A stretch of 63,424 nucleotides of DNA, counting the filler, from Squatina squatina (taxonomy: Eukaryota), in the NCBI GenBank assembly GCA_031763465.1. It is 4 parts of 4 records of this genome, joined end to end, with 100 filler letters (N's around TTAATTAATTAA, not from the genome) between each part and the next. Parts side by side here need not be neighbours in the genome. Positions count along the whole stretch, not along the records: positions 35,379 to 49,483 come from JARFOE010000219.1; 3 more parts are not named here. One strand, 5' to 3'. Below the pieces are notes generated by a model that saw only the letters and a list, made by a program, of their open reading frames with translations, made no database searches and was not told the origin of the DNA. Shown piece after piece: positions 35,379-47,575 of the stretch. The position numbers and the translations under genes were made by a program. Numbering within the stretch: position 1 is the first letter of the stretch; each line of letters begins with the position of its first letter.

Positions 35379-38300
35379 TATAAAATGTTGGCTTGAAAAT
35401 ATCTGAATGTAAGTAGTGCACAGTAAGAGTTTAGCCTTTATGTGGCCATGTCTAACAAGTCTGAAAGAAAAAGTAATGTTTTTTTATTATTCTGTAAAAT
35501 AATAGTGAGGTAGTGGTAGGATTTGTTGCAGCTATATAATGTCAATGTTTGTTCATTATGTTGGTAATGTGAGAAGGCACGACAACTGGCTATTGGTAGG
35601 TAGCACAAGGAAGGGAGTGATTGAACTGACCTATAAATGAGAATAGGAAACTGGAATGGTGGAGGATTACAGAGAAGCTGAGGGTTAGATTGAGCTCAAG
35701 ACCACTGGGGTGCAAAGATACAGACCTCACTATTCAGTACTACTAGTTCAACTTTCAGAGATGAAAAACTGTGCCTGATGGAAATCTAAAAGAAAAACAA
35801 AAATTGTTGGAAATGCACGGCAGCTCAATCAGCATCTCCGCGAGAAAGGCGAGTTAACATTTTGAAGTTTGACACTTCAGCATATCACAGCGATCTAACG
35901 ATAAGTTACACGCAAAGCATTCTCTTTCAGATGCCGNNNNNNNNNNGACCTGCCATGCATTTGCAGTATTTTCTGATTTCACAAGTCTAACTTGTTCGAT
36001 AAGACCAACTTACCAACGTTGATCCTTTTGAAAAGAAAACTGTAAATATTGCTTTAATCTACTATCCTGATTATCCTCAATTCTTCAGTGTATGTTCTAG
36101 TCAGCCATATTTCTTGCTGCCGCCCTCTTTGTCTTCCTTCATTTGTTTTTGTTACTGTGTCCAGTACCAGGATAAATAGGAGTTGTTCGAGGATACAAGC
36201 TAGGAGGACAGTAGTTGAGAAGCCTCCTTTTTAATGCAGAAGCATAAAGCAGTAAAAGAAACTAGGAACAAAGATTTCCCATAATCTAAGATTGTATTCC
36301 CATTATCAAATGTTATTTTCAGTGCTGTCGTAAACAGTTTTTTGCAGAGGCCACAATAAGATCAGGAAGTATTGTTTTCAAGTCTAAATATGGTAGTGGA
36401 CAAGAATTGTACTTTTTCTGCATCTGCATGGATGGATGAAAATGCATTAAATTATCACTCCCAGGCTTCATTTNNNNNNNNNNNNNNNNNNNNNNNNNNN
36501 NNNNNNNNNNNNNNNNNNNNNNNNNNNNNNNNNNNNNNNNNNNNNNNNNNNNNNNNNNNNNNNNNNNNNNNNNNNNNNNNNNNNNNNNNNNNNNNNNNNN
36601 NNNNNNNNNNNNNNNNNNNNNNNNNNNNNNNNNNNNNNNNNNNNNNNNNNNNNNNNNNNNNNNNNNNNNNNNNNNNNNNNNNNNNNNNNNNNNNNNNNNN
36701 NNNNNNNNNNNNNNNNNNNNNNNNNNNNNNNNNNNNNNNNNNNNNNNNNNNNNNNNNNNNNNNNNNNNNNNNNNNNNNNNNNNNNNNNNNNNNNNNNNNN
36801 NNNNNNNNNNNNNNNNNNNNNNNNNNNNNNNNNNNNNNNNNNNNNNNNNNNNNNNNNNNNNNNNNNNNNNNNNNNNNNNNNNNNNNNNNNNNNNNNNNNN
36901 NNNNNNNNNNNNNNNNNNNNNNNNNNNNNNNNNNNNNNNNNNNNNNNNNNNNNNNNNNNNNNNNNNNNNNNNNNNNNNNNNNNNNNNNNNNNNNNNNNNN
37001 NNNNNNNNNNNNNNNNNNNNNNNNNNNNNNNNNNNNNNNNNNNNNNNNNNNNNNNNNNNNNNNNNNNNNNNNNNNNNNNNNNNNNNNNNNNNNNNNNNNN
37101 NNNNATCACTCCCAGGCTTCATTTCTACACTTTCATCCTGAAGTTGTGGCAGATGATAATCTATGACAGCATTTTAAGTAGGTGCAGGGAAGAGAATGTT
37201 TTGCCTGCAGAGGGGCGAGTAAAGTAATATATTTTGATATATTCCATCTTTAGGATGTGGATTGGCTCCTTCCTCTCTACCTTCCCAAAGGAGAAACATG
37301 TTCTGACCCTGGTGAAGCCATTAACTTTCCATAGCCACTATTGGCAAATGATTCAGCTAATAGGAGCTGCACTTTGACTGGGCAAACTAGACAAAGCCTG
37401 TTTTTCCTCAGTTAAAGTTAGATGTTCTTTTTTTTTGCAGTCAGAGTTCAAGTGTTTTAGTATGGAAGCAAATCACTTGAACACTTTCTCGCATCACCTT
37501 TAGCATGGAAGCAAATCCTGTTTTTGTTGGATAATACTTCCTATTCAACTAATTCTTGTCTGTCTTCAATTATTAACCTTTTTACAGTTTCTATGAGCAG
37601 TGTACAATAGCCCCTTGTTTTTCCCAATAACCACTTTTTTTTGCCATACTGGCCTGGACTTTAAGCAATTTTTTCTCCCTACCACCATCCGTTGTGAAAA
37701 TATTCACTTTTTTGCAGGCGAGGTTAATTTTTGGAACATGTGGTGTGTGCACTCGTGTCGTTGACCTTACTTCTTCGCCCCGGGGTTCCTGGCAATCACA
37801 AATCCAAGACTTGGGGGTAAAGGGAGAAGGTCGTTTCCATGAATACACAATGTTTCTGATGTTTACCTCAACTGCAAAAATTAAAAGCTTCAAAACTGCA
37901 CAACGAAGAATCCCTTTATAAATGGACATCTTTTAAACAGACCTTTAGTTAGGAATGATTTAGTACGTGCGGGACACTGCAGCTTTAATTTTTATTTTCA
38001 GTCCTGGGACTGAAATATTGGCTTACGCTATACCTGTGGGAGGTCTGCAAATGAATTTGGAAATGATCTATCCCTGGATTTACTACCCTCACATCTTATT
38101 GTTCCTAATTGAGGTCTTGTCAGCATCAGTTATTATCTACCAAATGGCAGTGCACNNNNNNNNNNNNNNNNNNNNNNNNNNNNNNNNNNNNNNNNNNNNN
38201 NNNNNNNNNNNNNNNNNNNNNNNNNNNNNNNNNNNNNNNNNNNNNNNNNNNNNNNCTGAAGTTTTCGATGGCAGTTAACAGATCTGCTGAATGAGGATTC

Positions 38301-41300
38301 CTGTGCGTCTTCAATTAAATATTGGATGGCTGCATGGAGAGGTCTGATAGTAAAGCATTACTTTTAGCAAGTGTTGTTTTGAAAACTGAGAGTGTGGACA
38401 CAAGGCACTGAAATTACTTCATCTTGTTACCTTTTAAATATAGCCAAAAACATCCTAAGATGAGTGGATAATGACAGGTCATGGTTATTAAGAGTAAGCT
38501 GAAAGAGGAATGAATATATATATTCATAGGAACCATTCCCTAGGTTTGGTTTATTGTCATAACGTCTAGGCCTTGGCTTTTAAAGCAGGTTTTATTGTGG
38601 GCCCTGACCTTTCCATGAGACTGCTGCCACCAGGCTAGGGAGGCAGAATGCCAGAAGTAAAATGGAAGAAAATAAATTAGGGACTGAGAAAGAGAGACAA
38701 AATATTATTAATTAACTACTGCTCCTTTTCTAAATGCAAAAGTGTGCAACTCCTGATTGCATCTCTGAAAATAAAATGCACTTATTCAAAGCACCTGGTT
38801 CGGAGCCTGGACACCCCAAGTAGTGCAGAGTCAGAGGTCAGGGTTAACACCAATCTCTAGGGAGCTTTGAAGCTGACGTTTTACAGATTATATGTCTCGA
38901 TACTTGTGGGGCATGGAGTAATAACTGGAACTCAGGGCACCTATTTGTACTCTGGAATTTTATGAGCCCTCAGAGTTCTTCTTTGAAGCAGGGATCAGGC
39001 AAAAAGGCACTTATTTTAATCTGTGGCACCAGTTACAATAAATCACATCAATATCTCCNNNNNNNNNNNNNNNNNNNNNNNNNNNNNNNNNNNNNNNNNN
39101 NNNNNNNNNNNNNNNNNNNNNNNNNNNNNNNNNNNNNNNNNNNNNNNNNNNNNNNNNNNNNNNNNNNNNNNNNNNNNNNNNNNNNNNNNNNNNNNNNNNN
39201 NNNNNNNNNNNNNNNNNNNNNNNNNNNNNNNNNNNNNNNNNNNNNNNNNNNNNNNNNNNNNNNNNNNNNNNNNNNNNNNNNNNNNNNNNNNNNNNNNNNN
39301 NNNNNNNNNNNNNNNNNNNNNNNNNNNNNNNNNNNNNNNNNNNNNNNNNNNNNNNNNNNNNNNNNNNNNNNNNNNNNNNNNNNNNNNNNNNNNNNNNNNN
39401 NNNNNNNNNNNNNNNNNNNNNNNNNNNNNNNNNNNNNNNNNNNNNNNNNNNNNNNNNNNNNNNNNNNNNNNNNNNNNNNNNNNNNNNNNNNNNNNNNNNN
39501 NNNNNNNNNNNNNNNNNNNNNNNNNNNNNNNNNNNNNNNNNNNNNNNNNNNNNNNNNNNNNNNNNNNNNNNNNNNNNNNNNNNNNNNNNNNNNNNNNNNN
39601 NNGCAGAATGGTGCTAAATGGGCACTAAAATTGTAGATTTTGGTCCCATAGCACTACAAACTTAGAAAAGACCAATTGGGCACCCTAATTATCTACACAT
39701 GGTTAAAGGCTTCCATTCCAATAGTTGTAGCTATTAAAATTTAATGAACAAATTTTCACATTGCTTTCACACTATAATCAATACACATTATTGGGCAATA
39801 GATGCTTACAAATTAGGAACTCAACATGACACAAAGCTTGTTACCTTTATGACTTGTGTTATAGTCAGTTCTATGTTTTGCATAAACAGCTTATCAGTCA
39901 TGGGGAATCTTCTGTGTAAGCTTAAATATCACCATAGTAGGTAATGCTCCTGAACAATATAAACCTCAGCCCAACCATACTCATAGACCAAATGGAAAAT
40001 GTACCAGTAAAGAAATGCTCCAATTCTTTCCCATCTGAGCCTAGGAATATATTGTCACCAGCCCAATATGTTGCATACGCCTCCTAGGAAACATCAAGCT
40101 AGGATTACTGTGCATCCCTTTTAATCTAGTCTCCTAATGGTGAGGTTTTTATTGATCTGCATCTGGCACTGTGAGCAGTTCCTGGATGCAGGTCAACTAG
40201 ACATTGATTCACATCCAAGAAGGACTTTGTCTGGTCCCGAATCTGGAAAACCATTTGCAGCTGACTTGGCACGTGTTGTACACCACTGTAGTCCTCTCAA
40301 CACCACCATGCTCCTCGTTTCTATAAAAAAAAAACAATCTGCTTTTGATTTTTAGCATTCATACTCTTAATTGAAGCGTGTAACCAAGATTTGCTCACTA
40401 AAAGATCGGTAAACTAGAAATGGAAGCAGCTGTCACAAAACTCAGCTAAAAGTGTTGATGGAGAAAGAAGTTATTCAAAGAGCAGTCGAAGTGTCAGATA
40501 TGAAAGTGCGTGCAGGTATGCAACTGTCCTCATTGACTGAAAGGGCTCAATGTGTCCCAGTGAAAACATGTTTTAGTGCAGTGCTTGAGCTCTGTGTGAT
40601 TTCGGTGCTTGCATGTTATTTTAAATGGGTTTTGTGTTCATGCAAAATTGCACATTTTCAGCTTGTTACTAATTTAGAGAAATATTATTCTTTCATTCAT
40701 CCACCACCAGAAAGCTCCTTGAATGCAATCTTTTTAAATAAATGCAGAGTCCGATCAAAGGAAATCTTCTGTAAGTCAGGTTACATTCAAATGAAGTGTG
40801 TATGTTTGGTGTTATTTTCTCTCTTTTGGTTTCTCCATGCTGTGCACTAAGCTCAGTCGAGTGGCTGACTGGGTGACCTGATCTTGTACAGCGGCCAATG
40901 TCATTGTGTAACCAGCTGCGAGGAATTGTGCAAGAGCAGCCTGCAGTGACCCTTCCTCTAACTTTTCCTGACTGTAGTTAAAGCAGTTATTTGGGGAGGA
41001 CTTCTGACAAAACATCTTCTCTGTATCGGCCCCAGCCACAGCCCATTTTCCTGTGTCGGAGCTCATTAAGTATGCATGGTGGGCTCCCAGAATGAGCCCA
41101 CCGGTGTAAAGTAGGAGTAACCAGCCCATGCTGCAGCAGTGGGCAATCCCACACGGGACATTAAAGGGGCCGGAGCACGCCAAATCTCAGAATTAATACT
41201 CCACTGAAGACGTCCACCGAGATCGTGGCCTTCATTAGACAAGTGTTGGGGGTGGAATGGAGGGAGAGGAGGACACTAAAAGGCCCTTTCCCTCTGGGGG

Positions 41301-41689
41301 GGACACCTTGGGGCAGTTACTTGCCACTTGCCATTGCCTACTACCACCTTCCCCATGGCGGCCCTGGGAAATGGCTATAACTCGAGCGTAAAGAAGAAAA
41401 ATCTGCTGGGGACCGATGCCACTCCTCTGCCACCAGTTGCACTCGGGCAATGATGGTACCACTGGGTGCAGGGAGCAGGGAAATCTCGGTCAGGCTGCTG
41501 AGGCAGCATTAGGCCTTCCTGGATTTTGCCACCATTATTCAGCCCAATTTCAGGTGGGATCATGGCAGAGAATCTCTCGCCTTGCCACGCAACCAGCATT
41601 TCTCATGCCTCATTACTTCCCTTGCCAAATAGCAGAAGGACCTGGTGTCCCCGGTGGACTTCCCCTGCTCCATGCTCACCTCTGCTTCT

Positions 41690-42590
41690 CAGGACTGCCC
41701 TGTCTTCTTATTGGATATCCAGACCAAAGCTTCTGGTGTAACAGCGTGGATGCCTTGTAGGCTGCCTGTGAATTTCCTCTCAGAGCAGTGCTCAATGATG
41801 TGCTCCGGGGCCTGATCAGGAGCTCCACAGTTGCATGATGGGGATGCTTCAATCTGCTATCTATGGAGAAGGAGGCAGCATCTACCGTGGCCAGTTCTGA
41901 GGCGATTAATGTTTGTCCACTGTTTGCGAGGAAGGTCGAATCCTTCAGGTTGTACTGTGCAGTCCCCATAAGAGATCTATTCCGTATGTCTCAGTTCTTC
42001 CAAGCATTTCGCCGGCACTCATCAAGGCTGAGGGGGGATCGCTGAAGGGCTTCGGCGACGGTCCAAAATGGCCATCTAGATTTGAGACGGGTTGGTGATA
42101 GGTTATTCAAGTCGGCCTGGATCGGTATGTCTTTGCTGGTGTAGCGGCTGTATTCCCTGGAGACTGCATATTCGTGGCGTAGGTGTGGTGGTGCGATGTT
42201 TGCAAGCACGGGCAGCCAGTTGTTGTTGATAAAAGTGCACCGGTGGTAATTCTCGTAGTAGAGTTAGTTCAGCTGATTTGACATGCGGACTCAACAGCCA
42301 TGCCGGAGAGCAATGCTCCGCTGTAGAGTACACCAGGGCGAGTGCTGCCATACGGAGGGTTTGAGCGTCTGCTCCCCATGTGAATCCGGTGAGTTTCTGG
42401 ATCAGGTTGAGCCTACTCTTTAGATTCTTCCCAAAGTTCTGGAAATGTTGTCTATACGACAGGGAGCGATCAAGCGTGACTCCTAAATCGGAGGGTTTTT
42501 GGCATGGTTTAACCTCTGAGCCGCAAAAGGAGACTTTCAAAGCTTGGCTTGCTTGATGGATGTTGAGGTGGAATGTCGATGAATTAGATC
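41690..42590 (-). mobile_element. 5'-truncated Ingi/Vingi-like non-LTR retrotransposon (RT C-terminus to Cys/His tail)
   Basis: LGVTLDRSLSYRQH...LKSRLNLIQKLTGFTWGADAQTLRMAALALVYSTAEHCSPAW, LANIAPPHLR...RLKSRWPFW, GFDLPRKQWTNINRLRTGHGRC and CGAPDQ..EHII; few frameshifts. Confidence 0.75.
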
Positions 42591-42755
42591 TGTGCGCCCT
42601 GGTTCAACTGTCCTCTATCCCTTTAATCTACAGCTGGATACTACATTCGATCTTCNNNNNNNNNNNNNNNNNNNNNNNNNNNNNNNNNNNNNNNNNNNNN
42701 NNNNNNNNNNNNNNNNNNNNNNNNNNNNNNNNNNNNNNNNNNNNNNNNNNNNNNN

Positions 42756-42895
42756 AGATTATCTGGTCATTATAGCATTGCTGTTTGTGGCACATTTCCT
42801 ACATTACAACAGTGACCACACTACAAAAAGGACTTCATTGGCTGTAAAGCACTTTGGGACGTGAAAGGCGCAATATAAATGTAAGCCTTTCTTTT
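42756..42895 (+). mobile_element. 3' tail of Deu-type SINE
   Basis: attatctggtcatt...tttcctacattacaacagtgac...ttcattggctgtaaagcactttgggac.tgaaaggcgc.atataaatg. Confidence 0.65.
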
Positions 42896-43984
42896 TGTTT
42901 TGTTTTGAAGACTGTTTTAAGAAAAAAAACAGAATTCTAACCAAAAAGAAGTTTAAAGTGCATGAAATAATTTTGAAATCTTCTAGTGGGCCAGTTATAA
43001 TTCATCTACTGTCAACAACATTAACTCCGAGTGCCATTTCTCTATGAGCTTGGGAGTGTGCTCTGCCTGATATGAACAGGACTCAAAGCGAACCAGTTCT
43101 TTGTAGAAATCCATGCCTGTCTTTCCCCTTTCTCGTTCCCCAAACCTCCTCCCCCCCCCGAATCTGAATGGGAGACAGTCTCGGGCTGTACTTTGTGAAC
43201 AAATAAACATTTCTTTCACTCCTCCCTGAGGGGAAATGGCTAGCTTTGACTATTCACTTTCCCCCAGTGGCACAGTTTAAAGTAGGAATTCACTCTTTAG
43301 ATAATTATGAGTGTGGACCTGCAAGCAACTGCTCCACGGTACACCGATGTGCTTAAACACGAAATAAAGATCACCTAACGGGGTGCTCTGCTGTACAGAA
43401 GATTTGGGAATAATGGAATTGTTAATAATGCAACACGAGCCCCAGTGATCTGCCTTGTTAACAACTTAAGTCTTACAATTTTAAATATAAATGTGATGAA
43501 AATCCTCAGCTCCCAAAAACAAACCCACCATTTTTAACATAGATGCACCTCAGGGAACTCTGTCGTCACATTTCCACTGGTTTACAGCCTGGTCCTACTT
43601 CTCAGGTATCACTTCAGGCATAAAGATATCTTGTGATAGGCTCAGTATCAGGTCCATCCCTTTACCTAAACNNNNNNNNNNNNNNNNNNNNNNNNNNNNN
43701 NNNNNNNNNNNNNNNNNNNNNNNNNNNNNNNNNNNNNNNNNNNNNNNNNNNNNNNNNNNNNNNNNNNNNNNCTCCTCCTCCTCCGCTACCCACGCCACTT
43801 GAAATTGGCTACATGCAGGATCACCTAATGAGAAAATTACCACTGTTAGTAAACTTACACAGTTAACAACAGATATGCTCTCCCGCAGGACACAAACTGT
43901 GTTTGTCTCATCCAACAATGACTGTCACCTGACCAAGTAAACCCACCCAACAGGTGAAGCTGCAATGCCACCCCACCCACTATG

Positions 43985-44225
43985 TAGCGGGGGGCGGGGG
44001 GAGTTATTGTCAATCATCCATAAGTCGATACAATTGGTTTTTCAGCTGTCATTCCTCAAATATTGCTCCCTCTCAACCAATCACAATTAAAGCTGGCTCT
44101 AATTGGCTATTTGTAACGCCAATTAATGACACACGCCCTGCTTTCTGGGAGTTGTCGTTCTGAGAGTTCAACCATCGTCGATGCAAAAAGGAAGGGAGGA
44201 CTACAACCCCCAGAATACTTTGCAA
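43985..44225. promoter_or_regulatory. TATA-less promoter-like cluster: GC box, CCAAT boxes, two divergent ZNF143/STAF motifs
   Basis: GGGGGCGGGGG at ~43989; AACCAATCAC at ~44076; ATTGGCT at ~44102; AACGACAACTCCCAGAAAGCA (-, 44139-44159); ACTACAACCCCCAGAATAC (+, 44200-44218). Confidence 0.6.
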
Positions 44226-45055
44226 AATATACAACTAAAATAACAAGCACAATTGTGATTTAAAAAAAAATACTGTTAAAAAGGTTTGTTTCTAAAGATT
44301 GATTTATTCATTCAAGATACGCATCTCTTAAGCTAGAACAAGGCTCTTTCGGTGTGTTGCTTAATTACAAGCCGAACACTTCGGCAATTGACACACGGAA
44401 ATTTGACGTTTGATTGCTTCCTGCTTCTCGTTACCCAAATGGCATGAAATAACAATTGGCTCCCGATCACTCAGATTGAACAGCTCGGTGAAACTGTTAC
44501 AACTTAAAGCAGAGGGGCAGGTAAATACTGGTCACCATTCGCACATTCTGAAGATCGCGATATAAAGAAAGTGCCTGTGTGGGNNNNNNNNNNNNNNNNN
44601 NNNNNNNNNNNNNNNNNNNNNNNNNNNNNNNNNNNNNNNNNNNNNNNNNNNNNNNNNNNNNNNNNNNNNNNNNNNNNNNNNNNAATCGACTCCACAGAAA
44701 CCTGCTTTAGTTAAAAAAAAAGGACTTTCAAACGTGCAAGGGAATCCAGACACCTGCAATGTTTACTGCTGCCGGACTCGCTTTGTTAGGCAGGAACAGG
44801 GGCAAACAAATAAGTAACTCTGGATAAAATCAGTAGCCGAAAAAATCCAGATTCTCTCTTCCTGCAACATTCAGCATTAACTTTTCTCCGCGGTCAAATT
44901 AATCTGTGTGGGTTTTTTTTTTGTTTCCAGTCGTTCTGCTAGTTTTAAGTATCTCTTGTCTTTTTGAATTTCAGATCTGTTATCGTAACAAGGACCGCTA
45001 GCCGCGATTGCCTCCCTAAACCGGAGTGTTGTAGCACGGGTTGCATCTCCTGAGA

Positions 45056-45274
45056 ATGGTGCTTTTCAGCGGAGCTCTGAAAGTGAAGATCGGAGAGGCT
45101 GTCGATTTGAAACCCACCCGATGTGCCCTGAGGCATTCAATATCCAGCAAAAATTTCCAGTTACTGGATCCATATGTGATGGTGAAGGTAGACAACCGGA
45201 GAATCGGGCAGACTGCCACCAAGCAGAAAACCAGCCAGCCCACTTTTAACGAGGACTTCAGCACCCAGATCTGG
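45056..45274 (+). CDS. Novel-class protein kinase C (epsilon/eta subfamily), exon 1, N-terminal C2-like domain; truncated by gap
   Basis: MVLFSGALKVKIGEAVDLKPTRCALRHSISSKNFQLLDPYVMVKVDNRRIGQTATKQKTSQPTFNEDFSTQIW matches the PRKCE/PRKCH C2 motifs (EAV.L.PT..SLRH, LLDPY, R.GQT.TKQKT); ATG context is AGAATGG. Confidence 0.9.
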
Positions 45275-46849
45275 NNNNNNNNNNNNNNNNNNNNNNNNNN
45301 NNNNNNNNNNNNNNNNNNNNNNNNNNNNNNNNNNNNNNNNNNNNNNNNNNNNNNNNNNNNNNNNNNNNNNNNNNCATCATTTTTTTTTCCATTTCTTGGT
45401 CCATTTTCTGTTTCCATTAGCTAATTGTCAAGCAATCGAAGTTCGCTTTTATTTTGGATAATTGCCAAGTGACATTTACTATATGTGACACGTCGTGCTG
45501 GTCAGCTTTGATATTTTGCCTCGACTTCCTTACATTGTTTTGCAGACAAAGGTTTATTTGACCAAACTTGTAACAAAAAAAGTAAGCAATGTGAATGGCA
45601 CTCTGCAGTTCAGCTTGCCCTGGAAATGTGTGGGTGGAATAGCTGTGTGGGTGCATGCACGATTGACATTTTACCACTTTTAATTACAACACGCACCTTT
45701 GCACAGCCTTTCTGTGTCTGTGTGCCGTAACTCTTTTTTTTAAACTCTCCTTGTTTGGCTTGCTTACTCGCAGACTGATTGATTGATTGTTATGATCATC
45801 ATTGCCATATTGGAAGAAAATAATTCTCTATAAACATGTTAAATTGTGCTGTAACAGTTAAAATACAAACATACAAAAGTGACGAGCAGGAAAAGACCAA
45901 CTGGTCCATCAAGCTTGCCGTACACTCATCATGACTAGACACTTTCCACCCCCTGAAGCCATGTAATCTCCTGGGAGAGGCAAAAACCCAGGGCCAATTA
46001 GGGAAAAANNNNNNNNNNNNNNNNNNNNNNNNNNNNNNNNNNNNNNNNNNNNNNNNNNNNNNNNNNNNNNNNNNNNNNNNNNNNNNNNNNNNNNNNNNNN
46101 NNNNNNNNTTTGAAGCCCATGTGGAACATTTTTTAACCAATCTGTTAGCTTTACTTTACACTGCTGCCTCCGATTCAGTTGATATAAATAGTAACCTTAG
46201 AGGTGGTAACCAGCTTGGCACAGAGAATTGATATTAATCATTTTTGATAAAGTCACATTGCGTAAATGAAAACTGAAAACGCTGGAAGGACACAGCAGGT
46301 CAATCAGCATCTGTGGAGACCACGGACACAGACCCTTCTTCATAATTTGTGCAAAGGTTGGGCTCACTCAATATCAGAAGCAAAATTTAAATGTTTATCT
46401 GGTGTGTGAACAGCTTGCTCCTCATGAAGGATTTATTTTTAATTATTTTATGCACCTATCTGGCTGTGCACCAGCTGGCTGAAAGATTGTTCAGGAGAAT
46501 CTTTCTCTTCAGTCAAATGACCCAGTTATGCTGCAGGTACCAGTGAAAGCCATCAGCGCCAAGTAATACGGTTGCCTCTGCGCACCAATGCCCAAATGTG
46601 TGAGGTGCTGACAGTATCATTGGCTCTTTACTAACATTTAAAAGTTAGAAATCTTGAGAGAGTTCATTTCTTTTGCACCTCCTGGAGGTGATTTCACAGC
46701 TTCTGTTTACTGAATTGTCCATCTCCCTCCCTGTCACAGCCCATCTGCTACTCAAATGCTCAACCATGCTTTTCCTACCCTCTAGTCTCAACTATTTCAA
46801 TGCTCTCCTGGCTGACCTCCCACCTTCCATAAACTTCTCATTGCTTTTC

Positions 46850-47077
46850 GTAGCGGTTTGTTACAGTGGGTGGCTTGCTAGGCCATTTCAGAGAGCAGTT
46901 AAGAGTCCATCACATTGCTGTGGGTCTGGAGTCCCATTTTGGCCAGACCAGGTAAGGATGGCAGATTTCCCTCCCTGAATTACATTAGTGAAACAGATGA
47001 GTTTTAGAACATAGAACATAGAAAATACAGCACATAACAGGCCCTTCGGCCCACGATGTTGTGCCGAACCTTTGTCC
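46850..47077 (-). mobile_element. SINE body plus adjacent CR1 3' tail with (TTCTATG)n-type repeat
   Basis: Matches 15690-15758; continues as agaacatagaacatagaaaatacagcaca..acaggcccttcggccc. Confidence 0.6.
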
Positions 47078-47177
47078 NNNNNNNNNNNNNNNNNNNNNNN
47101 NNNNNNNNNNNNNNNNNNNNNNNNNNNNNNNNNNNNNNNNNNNNNNNNNNNNNNNNNNNNNNNNNNNNNNNNNNNNN

Positions 47178-47575
47178 GAATGGAACCAGGCGAGTGCAGT
47201 CCCACCCAGCTGGATGATGGTGGAGAGGCGTTGGAGGAGGATGGAGTGGTCAACCGTGTCAAAGGCTGCAGACAGGCCGAGAAGGACGAGGAGGGATAGT
47301 TTACCTTTGTCACAAGGATGTCATATGTGACTTTGATGAGAGCCGTTTCGGTACTGTGGCAGGGGTGGAAACTGGATTGAAGGGATTCAAACTTGGAGTT
47401 ACGGGAAAGATAATTTGGGAGGTGACAACACGTTCAAGGACTTTGGAGAGGAAAGGGAAGTTGGAAATGGGTGGTAGTGTGCAAGCTCAGTGGGGTCAAC
47501 TGTAGTTCTTTTGAGGAGAGGGGTGATGATGGCAGATTTGAAAGAGAGGGGGACAATACCTGAGGAGAGAGAACC
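47178..47575 (-). mobile_element. L2-clade LINE RT fragment
   Basis: Minus strand encodes [11 protein letters not shown]-type ([15 protein letters not shown]) and [22 protein letters not shown] motifs. Confidence 0.8.
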
